Source: Lepidodermella squamata (lineage: Eukaryota; Animalia; Gastrotricha). Taken from it: a stretch of DNA of 64,000 nucleotides. Position 1 is the stretch's first letter. Every line of letters starts with the position of its first letter. The notes under the pieces are model-generated. The model was not told the DNA's origin. It worked only from the letters and a program-made list of their open reading frames with translations, and did not search any database. The stretch covers positions 496,001-560,000 of the forward strand of contig JBLDXI010000064.1 of assembly GCA_047495785.1 (NCBI GenBank). Direction: 5' to 3'. Made by a program: the position numbers and the translations under genes. Below are positions 12,452-25,518 of the stretch, piece by piece.

Positions 12452-13191
12452 TTTTTCTAGCTACAACGAGAATTTGTCAAGCTTTGAAAACTTTCAAAGG
12501 CTGGCTAGTTTGCTTTTCTGCTTCCGTGAACGATCGCAATATTTTCTCATCCGGCCACGTGGAAGTTCGAAATAAGCAATAAATAAGGGCAAACAGTGCA
12601 GAAATATATTTGGAATTTTAACAAAATATATGCACATGATTCACAGGAGTGTTTTGCATTCAGCGAGCAATACATTTAATGATTGATTTCTCGAATTTTC
12701 AGGAATTAGCAGGAAAGCGATTTTTTACTTTCGTTGCTCAGTTTTTCTGTCCAATTTATTTTTTTCTGATTCCCTGTAAACTGTTTTCTGTTATTCTGTT
12801 AGCGCGTTCTCTAGATTTCGAAATTTATAACTAAAAATTGAAAAAGCGAAAACAAAAATAAATGATTAGGCCAGGTATTCGGGGCGAAATTCAGCTTTTG
12901 AAAGGTGTTAACCAACGAAAGCTGATAGCTGAGAAATGAGTTGATACTAATCCTATCATCCATCATAACCTTTTTCACTTACCCAACAGCAAATTGTTAA
13001 ATGTGTATTGATTAATCGGACTTTGTAATATTTGAAAGCTATTGTTGTGAGTTAGGAATTCTAGTTCATTACTCGCTGTAGCTCTATCAGGAGAAAAAAT
13101 CGATGGTTTTACGCTATAACAGACCGATCGCATACACGCTCAAAAAACTCTGCAGCTTACATAAAAGTATGCAGGGCTACTAGCGCGTATT

Positions 13192-16100
13192 CGGAGTACT
13201 GCGCACAATAAAAAGTACTACGCGCGCGCATAATACTATGAAATATACTTGGCCCGCAATTTTGTGGTAAAAAATGAATGCACTGGACAATTGACCGACA
13301 AATATACTGAGCTTTTTGTGGATGTTTCCATGAAATTTTCGGATTACCTGGTGGAGAACAGTCGAGCGTATCCAGAAATTGATAAAAATGCATGTGTAAC
13401 CGTGGGTTTTCTGCCGTTAGGCGACCTGATAGCGACCTGAAAGTGCAAAAACCTTGAAAAAATGCACCCACTGGCGTTTTTGGCGGCGCTTCTTCAAGAA
13501 ACAGGATGGGTTCAACCACAGTTTTTTCACATTCCCTAGTAGAGCACATAAAAGGCTTTGTGGGGAACCAAGAAATAGCTAGTTAATATGGTGGTTATCC
13601 ACGGCTTTTCAGTCGCTTCCCTCCCGGCTTGCAAATCAGTGAGAAAATGAAAATTTGGTGTTTTCAGTCGCTCTTATCTCGAAAAAACCCATGGTTGCAC
13701 CATAGCTTTTTGTTGTCAAATTGGAGACGAGGAAGGTTTTGACAGGAAAAGCAGCAAGGATCCCCACAGCCTATCCACGACTTTTTCGTCGTGATTAGCA
13801 CTCACTTCGTCCGACCCAACACCTCGAAAATGCATGACCTTGCGTCTTTTGGAGCACTGCTGCAGAAACGGAATGGGTTCAACCATAGTTTTGTCAAATT
13901 CCCTAGTAGAGCACAACAAGATCTAACTTGGGAAGAAAGAAGTCCCAGTAAATGTAGTGTTTATCCACTGCTTTTTAGTCTTTTCCCTCCACTTCCGAAT
14001 CAAGTCTGAATCGAAGGAAAAGTGAGCATTTAGGATCTTTCATCGCACTCATCTCGAAAAAAACCATGGCAGCACCGTAATTTTTCGTAGTCAAATGGGG
14101 GAGGCAATTGAGAAGAAGGTTTTAAAAGGGAAAAAAGCAAAAACCACCACAACTTATCCACGACTTTTTCGTAATGCTTAGCAATGACATTTCAAGCACA
14201 AGATTCGGAGCCGTTCTATTCTGAAACCGCACAACGCGGAGACTTTATTCCAAGTCTCACAAGTTGATTAAAGTGCCTTCTTCTATAAGGATAACTAATA
14301 TGCCGGTGATACCATGAATTGGGGTATGCATTCCGGCCTGAACCGTTGCCCTGACCGCGGCAACAAGACGCTCGAGATGCTGACCCATACCATTTAAATC
14401 CCTGGTATCTGTGGACTGACGTAGTACAGATAGGTTTCCGATTATCCTTCTTGACTCTCATGCTCGCTTGCATCAACTTAAAGAAAATACGGTGGTAAAA
14501 CCAGTAGATTTTGCTAATTACTCCTGCGGAATGCTCTTTGTGAGATTTAAGTAAGTTGGTTTCCCTTTGATTTAGTAGGAGTGGTAAAGGTACCATTTTG
14601 GCACTATGGTAGTCTTCACTTTGTATCAAGAACGCGGACAAGATTTATTAAAATGCCCACAATGGCAGTTTGATTCATTGTTGCGGCCGCGGTTGGCCCT
14701 TGGTCTTGGCCTTGATCTTGCAACAGCATGAGTGCCTACAACATGCGCCACCGCACCACCGACAACTGGCCTCTTTGTCGAGTTGCGCTGCTGGACTGCC
14801 TAGGGATCGGGATAACTTTTCCCGTTGGCGCTAAAACGTGATAGAGTGCCATCTAATATGGCTAAAATCCTTGCTTTTGAGTCATTTCACTCAACGGTGC
14901 ACTTTCCAAACCGCGGAAATACCTTGATCCGTCATTTTTCAACTGCGTCAATCGCGTTCTATTGTTGGCGCCGCCCACCGTCAAATTTTTAGCTTCATGT
15001 TCAAAGAGCAAAGTAGCTTGCGTGTGCCTTTAGAATGGGAAGCATAATCTGGGGGCAGCTGGTTGTATGTAAGTTGGGTAGGTTGCTTTTGGTTAGGACT
15101 TAGGACCAGAGGGGAGACTCCCGTAGCCCGATACCTCCACATCCATCTCCTTGTAGTTCGATGTTGTGAACATGTAAAGCACTGGGGCCCCGCCAAGGCA
15201 GGAGATGACGGTCACTCGTCACTTTTAAACCAAGACCAAGTCTCCCAATTTGCTGGTAGCTAGCTAGCTAACGCGTGGAGGCTTTCCTAGACGATCGTTT
15301 TACACTCGCCGAGAGTCCACTTTCAACGACAGCAGGGCGTACGCGACCCGACCCAACATTTGCCGTGAATTACGTTGCCCGCTACCGCCACGGGGAGACT
15401 GCCGTTGTCGCTTGAACAGTAGTAAGGTCTATCATCAAAAGACTCATTTGGGTAATTTAGTTAAGCTCGGTGGATGGAAGGTTTTAGAGAACTAAATCGT
15501 TCAGCCAAACCATGGCTGCAACTCGAAAGCGAGAAAAGTTGCCAGTGGTTATTAGTACGGCCGAGCATGCCCGCTGCAGGATCCAGCCCAAGGGCCAACC
15601 GAGGCCGCTACAATGAATCAGAGGGCCATTGTAGGCCACTACAGTGATACTTTTCCGACTAACGGTTTTACCACCAAAATGTCTTGGATACGATGCAAGT
15701 TAAAACGGGTGTGGATAACTATGATGGGGAACGCATCTTTACCAAGCAGCTAAACGGAAACGAGCAACTGAAATCGGACTAAAATCGGATGACTCCTTAC
15801 CTCAACCATCTTGTTACCGCGGTCTGGGACCGAATGGATAGCAAATCGTGGTAGCACCCGCATATTTGCTATTTTATAAGAAGTATGCGCTTCCTTCAAC
15901 TTGTTACAAGTGAAAAAGGGCTCTGATGTATAAGGTCTCGGAACAGCCCAATTTTGAAACTCGATTTTGAGCTTAAAATGTGATTGCCCATCAGGGCGAA
16001 AAAGTCGTGGATAAGTTGACGTGGTTCTTGCTGTTTTCTCTTTTAAAACCTTCTTCTCAATCTCCTCTATTTTTTGAATACAAAAACTTATGGTACAGCC

Positions 16101-16960
16101 ATGGGTTTTTTCAAGATAAGTGCCATGAAAGATGAAAATGCTCACTTTCTCTTCGATTCGAACTTAAATCGGATATGGAGGGAAAAGGCTTTTAAACTGT
16201 GGATAAAAACCGCATTTACTGGAAATTTCTTACTTCCTTAGTAAGATCTTGTTGTGCTCTACTAGAGAACGCGAAATAACTGTGGTTGAAACCAATCTGT
16301 TTCTTGCAGCAATGCCCCAAAAGACGCCATGTCATGCAGTTTCGAGGTGTTGGGTCTGACGTAGTGAGTGCTAATAGGGACAAAAAAGTCTTGGACAAGT
16401 TGGGGTGGTTCTTGCTGCTTTCCCTGTCAAAACCTTCCTCCCAGTGCCTTCTCCTATTTGACTACAAAAACTACGGTGCAACCATGGGTTTTTTGGAGAT
16501 AAGACAGGTTAAAACACACCATTTTCACTTTTTCCTCGTTTTGCAAGCCGGGAAGGAAAAGACTTCAAAGCCGTGGATGACAACCATATTAACTTGCTAT
16601 TTCTTACTTCGCTGATAGGCTCTCTGTGCTGTGGTTGAACCCATTTTGTTCCTCGCAGAAACGCCGCTAAAGGCGCCAGTATTTGCATTTTTCCAAGGTT
16701 TTTGCACTTTCAGGTCGCTATCAGGTCGCCTAACGGCAGAAAACCCACGGTTACACATGCATTTTTATCAATTTCTGGATACGTTCGACTGTTCTCTACC
16801 AGGTAATCCGAAAATTTCATGGTAACATCCACAAAAGCGCATTATATTTGTTGGTCATTTGTCCAGTGCATTCATTATTTTTCACACAGAATGCGGGCTA
16901 TAAGTATATCTTATAATATTATGCGCGCGTATAGTACTGTTTATAGTGCGCAGTACTCTG
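13192..16960. mobile_element. ~3.8-kb foldback-type element with very long terminal inverted repeats
   Basis: 13192-14171 is the reverse complement of about 15997-16960 (termini cggagtactgcgcac and gtgcgcagtactctg); weaker inverted similarity continues inward to about 14790/15515; no transposase ORF. Confidence 0.85.
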
Positions 16961-17069
16961 TATAGAGGTTTTTTCTCGCTGGTCGCCTTTAGCGCAAAAT
17001 CATCGAAATGTATCTTGGCAAGATTTTAACCCACAACTCGGATTTTCACGTAGATGGGTGATTCCGCGC

Positions 17070-19055
17070 GTTGCGGACAGACAAAATTCGCCCTCGCGTC
17101 CCATTTCATCCCACGCAGTAAATCCAATTTTGAGTCCAATCATGTGATTTTTTGCCAGATGATAGCTCGTAATATGCTTTATCAAATAATTGTAACAGGA
17201 CCAAGCCAGAGTTCATAGTTTTTTCATTTAATTTTTTTTGACGAGGCGTTGCGGACAGACATTTTTCACTTAGAATTATTGTACATGTTCACATTACAGA
17301 AGTTTACTAGTCAGAAAGAACTGCTGCGAGCATAGGATTTGCCCGAAACTATTGGTAAATAACCCGTCTATAGAAAAAAACAATGCTACAACCACTTTGT
17401 ATCATAGGGAAATCAAAAAATTTTAATTTTCGGAAAATCAATCGTTGCGGACAGACGTTGCGGACAGACGTTGCGGACAGACGTTGCGGACAAATTAGTA
17501 TTATGTCTGTTCGCAACATGTCTGGAACTGAAAAAAGCAGAGTTCATGTCACACAATGCTGAAATATTTGCATTTTTCATCATTAATAACCGAAAAACTG
17601 CTCTACGCAAATTTCACAGGCATAGGGCTTGTCCGAGCCCTTGCAGCAAATCGCGGAATTTTCGACTATCTGAAAAACGCATGTTGATTTTCAGCGCTCA
17701 ATTTGTTACATGTGTCCTGCTGGTGGGCCTTGACACATCAGCGAGTCGTGAGCGTACATTGCTGGTTTACTTTTATTCAAACAGGCACTCCAGGGTCGAT
17801 GTTTTTCCAACTTTCTCAGTAGCCTAGTAAACCAAAATATCAATTAATCCCAAATAAGCTTATGTCATATAACAAACATTTTGACAGCGAATTCGTCTTT
17901 CCCTTTGACCTTCATCGAGTATTAGTCATTGCGGTCATAGATGTTTCGAGCTTCGAGCTACCGTGAAATGTTACCTTCTTTTACTGATAGCTTAGCAAAT
18001 TACTTGATAGCTTAATCCAAGAATAAATTATTTTTATTTACCATCTATGGTGATATTTCACGATAGCTCATAGCTCAAATATTCCATGACCGCATGAGCG
18101 TGATGGTGACATTTCACGAGACAGCCATTCACGAGACATTCAAAGAATTATCTATTGATCAAAAGGTCAGTCGAATTACGAGCCTTAAGGTCGCCTTTCG
18201 ATCGCTGTCAATCGCGGTCGTTAGCTGCAAACTGCATTTCTTGGAACAGCTTTTTTTCTTTTTTTCTCCTCTGAGTAATTAGCCTGACATTAGCCGAACG
18301 CTCAGCTCGTAGATAGTTGAATATAAACTAAAGCTTTGCAGAATGATGAAGTAATTTTCAATAATAATTCGATTATAATAATATAATAATAAAGTGGGGA
18401 GCACTAGCCTAGTGGATAAGGAAGCTAGCCTATGTGCATGAGGTCGTGGGCTCAACGCCCGCTGACGTAGCCCGACGGTGGTTTAGCAATCCACTGGTGA
18501 GTAAACAAATTGTTACTCTATACCCTAGTGCAATTTGAAGCAATTGTTCGGGGCTCTCTGGGGCAAGAGATATGGGATGTAAGCTGTATAAGAGGGCGCA
18601 GGAATCAAGGTGTGTCGTGGCCCAGGATAGCGTCGAGGGGACGCGGCGTTCGGCACACTGAGGTAGATGTATGCCAACGTAAAATAGCATACAGGAGAAT
18701 GAGAATGAGAAAATTAATGTCCGACTTTGACCCTGTGTACAGTTGATAATGATAACCACTCCTCTACGACTCCTTCTGAGCCTCTCGAAAATTGTTTTAT
18801 GATACTTATTTCCATAGGTTTTACAGCGACAGACGCTACTTTTCCATTCTATTTTTTATAAAATCTGATTTGTCTGTCCGCAACATCTGTCCGCAACAAG
18901 TGTTTTGACGCCGAAATCATTTGTCACTCTGCATTTATATCGCCGAATCGAAGGATCTTCAATTTGCTGACTTAGCAAAATTAACGGGGGGCTGGTTGAG
19001 AGCAATTAGAAGCATATAAAGCGAAAACTTAATATTTGCTGTTGCGGACAGACAA
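17070..19055. repeat. Dispersed and tandem 13-bp GTTGCGGACAGAC motif, probably subterminal repeats of a decayed DNA transposon
   Basis: Copies at 17070, 17248, about 4 in tandem at 17444-17492 and at 19041; inverted copies at about 17504-17518 and 18871-18897. Confidence 0.7.
18396..18712 (+). mobile_element. tRNA-derived SINE
   Basis: 5' GGGG, A box TAGCCTAGTGG, degenerate B box GGCTCAACGCCC, unrelated body, 3' (GAGAAT)n tail; no full cloverleaf. Confidence 0.7.
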
Positions 19056-19663
19056 TTTGACAGATTAATTTGTTGACAGAATTTGACCGTTACGCATGTG
19101 GCATGTAAATTTGGAGTTGGTGATTTTTTATGCTGAGTAACCCAGCTAGTAAAATATACAATAACATCGTGATGTTAGGCAAGTAATTGGCACACTTTAA
19201 TGACATCAAAAATCAAACAAAAGGCCAAATTTTACCTTTGATCAGACAGCTTTGCTATTACATAACAACGGGTTGGAAAAATAAACACAAAACTTGTAAA
19301 AGTTATAAATTATGAAAGATCACATCTTGGGCTATCCGAATATATATAATATGAGGGCTATATCGCTTGGTTTTTTTTGACTGCTTTTGCGACAAACTCG
19401 CGGAATCGCCCAGATAGATTATTTTAAGAGCTGCCCTTATTGTTAGTAGCTTATGGCTTAATTACGATGTTGAATGCGTCGGTTTGTCATATCAGTGCAT
19501 CGAATCGCATAAGAGCTTCTCATTTTTTTCAACAGCCACCCGGTCGCACAGGATTGGCTTTCTGCCGTCTGCCATCATTTGACCGCTCCAGCGTAAAAAA
19601 AGCCGCACTGAGTGGTCATTATCATCACAGAGCGTATCATAGATTTTTCTTTCTGCTTCAACA

Positions 19664-20076
19664 ATGACAGCTTTCGCCGTGAGATTCGCCGTTGTAGCTC
19701 TAGCTGTGGTCTTCGCCATCGCCCAGCAACCTCAACGCTTTTTCCGCTGCAGATCCTCCGGCAATGTGATTTGCAAAGCAGGGCGGTGCCAGGCTGATGC
19801 TGGCGAAACTGAGGTAAGCCTTTAGATTTTGAATCTTTCAAGGTTAAACTGATTTTCTAGCTTCAAAAACCCGCGAATTGGAGCGTTTTCTGGGAGGATC
19901 AGACTCGATGCAACCAGGACGCGGTTTTCCTGGTCTGCAACAACAAGCAGTGCGCGAATCAACGCGAAGGCTGCCCGGCTGATAACGCACCTGTTAACCT
20001 AGCCATCGATGCCAACGCTACTCTGGCGAGGCAAATCTGCCAGGAAATGGCACGCATTCACCGCGGAACTCAGTAA
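19664..20076 (+). CDS. Small secreted 8-cysteine protein (121 aa); exons 19664-19813 and 19861-20076
   Basis: MTAFAVRFAVVALAVVFAIA signal peptide; 47-nt phase-0 gtaagc..ttctag intron; open frame to TAA; absent from the ORF track. Confidence 0.8.
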
Positions 20077-20177
20077 ACTCGACAACTAATTCAACTCTAA
20101 ATAACTAAGCATTATTCATGAGACTAACACCATTGTAACAGTCAGTTTTTGAGTAAAAGAAGTGGGAAAATCCGTGG

Positions 20178-22425
20178 TCATCCTGCGATCATAGGCGCGA
20201 CGAACATGGTGACCAGGGTCATGATTAGGACAAGAGAGCCGAATAGGATGAAGCAGACTCGGTCGATGACTTGAGACGCAAATTTCCACTCTTCACATAT
20301 TTCAGCCTCTTCGTCAGCTTTCTCTGATTTTTTGGTAATAGTCCTGAAAAAATGTGATAATAGTCCTGAAACGGCTGATGTTGAGCTTAAAGGAATGTTA
20401 CCTAATTTCTCGAACACATTGCTTCATCCGCCAGTGCGCTTCGTCCTGTTCAGTCATTCCAGGATCGATGTAATCAAATTCGTCCTCGTCAGCTTTCTTG
20501 CTCATTTTTGAGGATGAGATTGTTGCAATCGGCGTCTCTGAACTCTCGCTGATGTGTAGCTCCCTCCGAAGGTCTACTGTTGACCTTCGTTTGCGATCAG
20601 GGTCTTCCTCTTCTCGTTCCTTTAAAATAGGGCTTTCTATAAATGAGCGTCGATGGATAGTAAAGACTTACAGGTCTCTGCATGCATAGAAAATTGGCCA
20701 AATGTCCATTGACGTATATTTTGACCTGAATTTCGGGACAGAAAACCCTCAGTTTAAATTTTCCTGTTTTTTACAAATTTTGTCCGTTTCCTTTCTTTTT
20801 CGAAGGAATTTCGCTTAAAAAGCAGAAATGTTTGAAACAGTTTTCCAAATCTTTCGAGGGCCTGTGCAGCTTGAGTAATCAAGGCTCTTACAGACTCGTC
20901 AGCCAATTTATATGTTTTCCATAAAAGACTTACCCATTTTGGAAAATTGCTGGTTTGAGGCGTTCGGTAGTGCACATTCAGCACCATGATAGTGCTCAAC
21001 ACCGAAAACGAGAGTAGTGTTGTAGTTCCAGCGAAATACAGAGCTAACAGTGGTATTTTCTCGCCAGCTGGTAGAAAGTCCATCACCATGTTCAAGAACA
21101 CGAAAATTGACAACAGAGCACCAACGCCTGAAATATTTTAACCTAAACACAGCTAAACAGAGCATTTATAGAAATTTACATAGCCCAATTTTCTCTCCAG
21201 ACTCTGCCGGCAAGGTGAAAGTCAGTAGACCGATTATCGAGACCTACAAACAGATTTGACGCTTATTCATAGCAACCGTTGCAATGGGGCAATGCAATCT
21301 CACCAGAACTGTTGGTACGACTAGGTTGAATAGGTAAAACAGCGGGCGTCGAGTTAGAATGATTGTGAATGTTGCGTCGACGTAAATTTGGCCGTCATAA
21401 GGCACTTCGTTGCGAACAGCCGGGGCGCCCTTAAGTTTCCACTCGCTGCTCTCGCTGTAGGCCTCTAAATCAGCCTCCAAGCTTGGAAGGGTCAAATTCA
21501 CTCCAGACATCGAGTAAGTCCATGAACTGAACTTGAGATCACAGGCTTGCGTATCGAAAGGGAAATACTGTAGCGGTAAAACTATACGTTATCACAATGT
21601 CCAATAAATCGAGTTGGTAAACTTGCTTTGATCTGAATAGAGCTAGAAAGAGGCAACATTGATGTAGTAGTTTCAGAGAGTAATTTAGGCTTACCAGGTT
21701 GAGGCAAATATTCCGGGCGGGAACCACTCGATCATGCCCGTGTTGAAAATTTTAGCATGCACTTTGTTAGTCGGGTCGAAATTCTCTGTCGCAGAGTTGT
21801 GACTAGAGAAAATACGAAATTCGCGATTGTTCGACCGAAAATTTTGTTTATTGTTTAGGCTTACAGTAAAATATCGGGTGTCCATATTTTCTCGTGAGGA
21901 ACTTTCAAATAAGATATTTATAAGAGAAATAAGAGAATGCAGGATAATGAGAATGCAAGATTTACTTATCAACTGCGAGATGTTATTGTGTTCGAGCGGA
22001 TTCCAACGAAATCGATAATCCTCCCAGCTCTAAATGCCCGAAATCTCATGTATAAAAAGGTAAATAAATCGAAGTTTCACCAGAAATAGCCATAATTTGC
22101 TCTGAATTTTCTGAAGTTTCTCATCCTTAAAAGGAGAACAATTATTCTTAAATTTGAAAGAGGAAATGTATGATTCGTACCACATCTATGACTTGGCGTA
22201 AATAGGCAACGAAAACTACATTGACAGGATCTCTTTCATTCTCAGCAGGTCGCTCGATTTTGCTGTAATTTTGAAATATATGGCTAATAAGCTTGGCTTC
22301 CGCTCTTGATCCTGCAAAAGAAACTGTTTCAAATCTGAAACAAATCTGAAATTAAAAAAAATACCTTCTGAAGTCCCGAATTGTAGAAGGAACACTAAAA
22401 TAGCTAGGCAATAGCGAATATCCAT
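20178..22425 (-). CDS. Nicotinic acetylcholine receptor-like subunit, multi-exon, cation-type, without loop-C vicinal cysteines (non-alpha type)
   Basis: Spliced motifs [101 protein letters not shown]. Confidence 0.92.
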
Positions 22426-22954
22426 CTTGCGCTAAATATACGCATATGGTTCATCACTGCGTTGATCTTCTTAGCCCAATGTTAATGCGCTAGTTCTACA
22501 AAAGCGAGAGCAAATACCGCATTTGAGACGTAATTAACACTGGGTAAACAAACACGCACATGCTGCCCCAACGCGCGCATCTCGCGTGCGCTCAATTACG
22601 CGACGAACCGCGCTCTTGAGCCGGCTCAAGATGATGTACACATGACATCGGTCGCGATCATAATGCTTGTGCATTTCATACGGCCTAGCATTCGAGCAGC
22701 CTCTGTAGCCGGCCACTGTTGCCAGCTTCGTTGACAGAACATGCATAAAATGCGATTTTCTTCTCTGATTTTTCATGGGTAGAAATGCCCTTCATTTAAG
22801 TATGACAGAAATGTTTTCAAAAGGTACTGCAGTCAAAAAATCTCAATTGAAACTTCAAGGCTCTGAAATAACACTGTTTGTGTTTGAAATTTATTCCTGT
22901 CGCATGAGGGTATTATTTAATATGCTGTGTGGATCGACATATTAGCATTAATTT

Positions 22955-23311
22955 TTACAGCGTCAGATGGAACATGTCGTTGCATTTGCGCAGGGCGAGC
23001 GATGACAGCATCGCAGTTTTGCCGTACTTCTTCAAACAGGCGGCATAGCGACTCTGCCTGGCCTTCTGCGCCATCTTTCGCGTAATTGCGATGACCCGAT
23101 TGATGACCTCGGACGGCGGTTCTCCTGCCTTGTCCAACCGGTCGAAAAACAGATTTCTAAGCTGATTCATATCTAATTACCACAAAGTTTAAAGTGGAGC
23201 CCATGAGGAAAGTTGTATTGCCTTACTTTCTGTTATAATGCCCGTGTTTGATTTGGTTGATTCAGCTTGAGTGGCCATCGCCATTATGACTAAAATTAAT
23301 ATGACAAACAT
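22955..23311 (-). CDS. Small secreted cationic peptide precursor, C-x17-C family copy 1; exons 23311-23227 and 23172-22955
   Basis: MFVILILVIMAMATQA signal; C-terminal ARQSRYAACLKKYGKTAMLSSLALRKC; phase-1 GT-AG intron. Confidence 0.82.
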
Positions 23312-23793
23312 TGTTGTGAGAAAAATCGTTGAATAACACGCGCCGTTCTTCAATCAACAACCTTGTCTATCTCATGTTTTATCGATCGCGAGAGGCGAGA
23401 TGCGTAGTCGACTCGCCTTCCTGTGAGGGGTTGAAGGATGTGACACGGTTCCGAAGTGTCCACATCAGCTCATTAAAAAATCGATCATAGAGTCCCCATT
23501 TTCTCATTTAATTGACAATTTACACTTTAAGTGCTGAATTTTGTTTTTTTCTCATTTATCAGTGGAAATCACTTCAATAAACGCTGGTGATTCATGCATG
23601 AACAGGATCTATTGCGAATCAGTACATTTGCGAGGTTTCACGTGTCAGGTCAGCGAACTATCGAAAATTTCAGATCGATTTTCGATTTTGAGATTGAGAT
23701 TGGAATTATCGGCGTCATGAACATACTCACGACGACCTATACGGACTGATAAGGGCCTTAAGAAGCGCCTTATGAAAATTTTTATTAACCAAA

Positions 23794-24132
23794 CTATTTC
23801 TGAACCAAAACAAGTCTCAGCTTCGCATTCTCCTTGCCGCATTTCAGAGCGACAAGGGACGTTATGGTAGCGGCTCTGCCGTACTTTCTCAGGCATAACA
23901 GGTAGCGATTTCGTCTAGCGATTCGCATTGTCGCTATCATTTTCGATAGGCCGAAAGCCCCATCGCCAAACAGTGAAGCAGGGTTATCCGGCAAAATCGT
24001 AGCACTGCTATCACGTTCGACGCCTGTGAAAAGAAATAAAAAAATGGAGTATTAATAATTAAGAGAGAAATTACTGCTGAGTTGTGCTGATTCAATCAAA
24101 ATAGCCGCTAAAATAAGGACAAGTCGCAACAT
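23794..24132 (-). CDS. Small secreted cationic peptide precursor, C-x17-C family copy 2; exons 24132-24075 and 24023-23794
   Basis: MLRLVLILAAILIESAQLS signal; ARRNRYLLCLRKYGRAATITSLVALKC; phase-1 intron. Confidence 0.8.
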
Positions 24133-24740
24133 TGCAATTTTGTGTATAATGAGTATTTTTTAATTGTTGAGCTTTCATTCAAGTAATTTAGTTTTTCCGT
24201 CTTATTCTTTATACCGGACAAAAGTAAGTTTTAATTATCCTACGGTAAGTCTACGTCTTTGTGCCTATTTTTAATATTACGACGTTTCCTTTTATACTTC
24301 TCGTCTACTCATGCGTTAATAAACAATTTTTAATATTAACGTGGGCTTGCGACTGTACTCGGATAGGACGTGTCGCTATTTAGAGCAGCACCCACAATTT
24401 ATTTTACAATTTATTCTCCAATCAAAAAGGCAATGCTTTATAACGTATTTCTTTTTAAGAAAGCAGGATTAACGCAGAATTTAATTTTTGTTCGATGGAG
24501 AACATGCGGTTTTTGCTCAGGCAATTTTCGGTCCTTCCTGTTTTCGTTTGGTATCAAAATTTGGGCTTACTTTAAAATAATCAGTTAAACTTTAGAGCAT
24601 TGCGAAAAATCAAAGGAATATCAGCGATCAATGAGCTTAGTTTCATAGGGTTCGATCAGACATTTATGATAGAACACAAAAAGCCAATTTTTATTTTTTC
24701 TATATAATTAAATTTTATATCCGCAATCTATAATGAGAAG

Positions 24741-25090
24741 CTATAACGAATTAGCGACATCATTGCACTTTCTTGAAGCCAGCGACGACAGCATAGCTGT
24801 TTTGCCGTATTTCCTCATACAAGCTGCGTAGCGGTATTGACGAGCTAATTTCTGCATTTTACGGTCGGGCGCTGGGAATTTTCCGGGCTTGTCCAGAGGG
24901 CGATTTCCCAACAAGATCGCTCTCCAACTATTTATACCTAAAATCGACTGAAATTATTAGGGACATGTTAATTGTGATATAGCTTACTCTCGACATCATT
25001 CGCTAGATTCGCATCGGTAGCGGAAGTTGCTATTGACAGTTGGATGAGCGATGTTATCAACATGACGAATAAAACGTTGCAAATCAGCAT
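24741..25090 (-). CDS. Small secreted cationic peptide precursor, C-x17-C family copy 3; exons 25090-24988 and 24937-24741
   Basis: MLICNVLFVMLITSLIQLSIA signal; ARQYRYAACMRKYGKTAMLSSLASRKC; phase-1 intron; absent from the ORF track. Confidence 0.82.
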
Positions 25091-25518
25091 CGTCTCAGTC
25101 CTTCAAAACTTTCTAATACCCGTTTGCATCCAAATTTGCCTATTAAATGAGGTAGTATTGAACGGGGGAGGAGGAGGAGTACATATTATTGTCTCACATA
25201 GGCACGTTGCAAAAAATAGGCACGAAAAGTACGACGTAGTTGTCGTAGATTGAACATAATGAAGTGATACGTGGCAAGCTAATTATTAACTTCAAATCTT
25301 GCGAACAGATTCAATGTTTTAGCAAGCTAAATCAGATCTTACAAAGATAGAAAATTCATGTGGGACAATAAACTAAATATTTCTGCGAACTGAAACACAT
25401 TTTCAGCTGTGGGTGTGAGTAATCACTGTTCTTGAAAATCGTAAAAACACTTAATATTTCCCAATGAAGATTTATTGATTTTTCAGGACACGTGATGAAT
25501 TCAAAATGTTGGTCGAGT

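Noticed and set aside
13157-16825. Pairs of similar ORFs (VEPILFL..., MKPICFLQQC...) on opposite strands
   Set aside because: By-products of the foldback arms; stops differ between arms and no domain is recognisable
17444-17492. Tandem 13-mers here and 21-mers at 55-135 as a possible CRISPR array
   Set aside because: No unique spacers, no cas genes, eukaryotic context
18396-18475. tRNA gene
   Set aside because: Only A and B boxes remain, no full cloverleaf; body and tail fit a SINE
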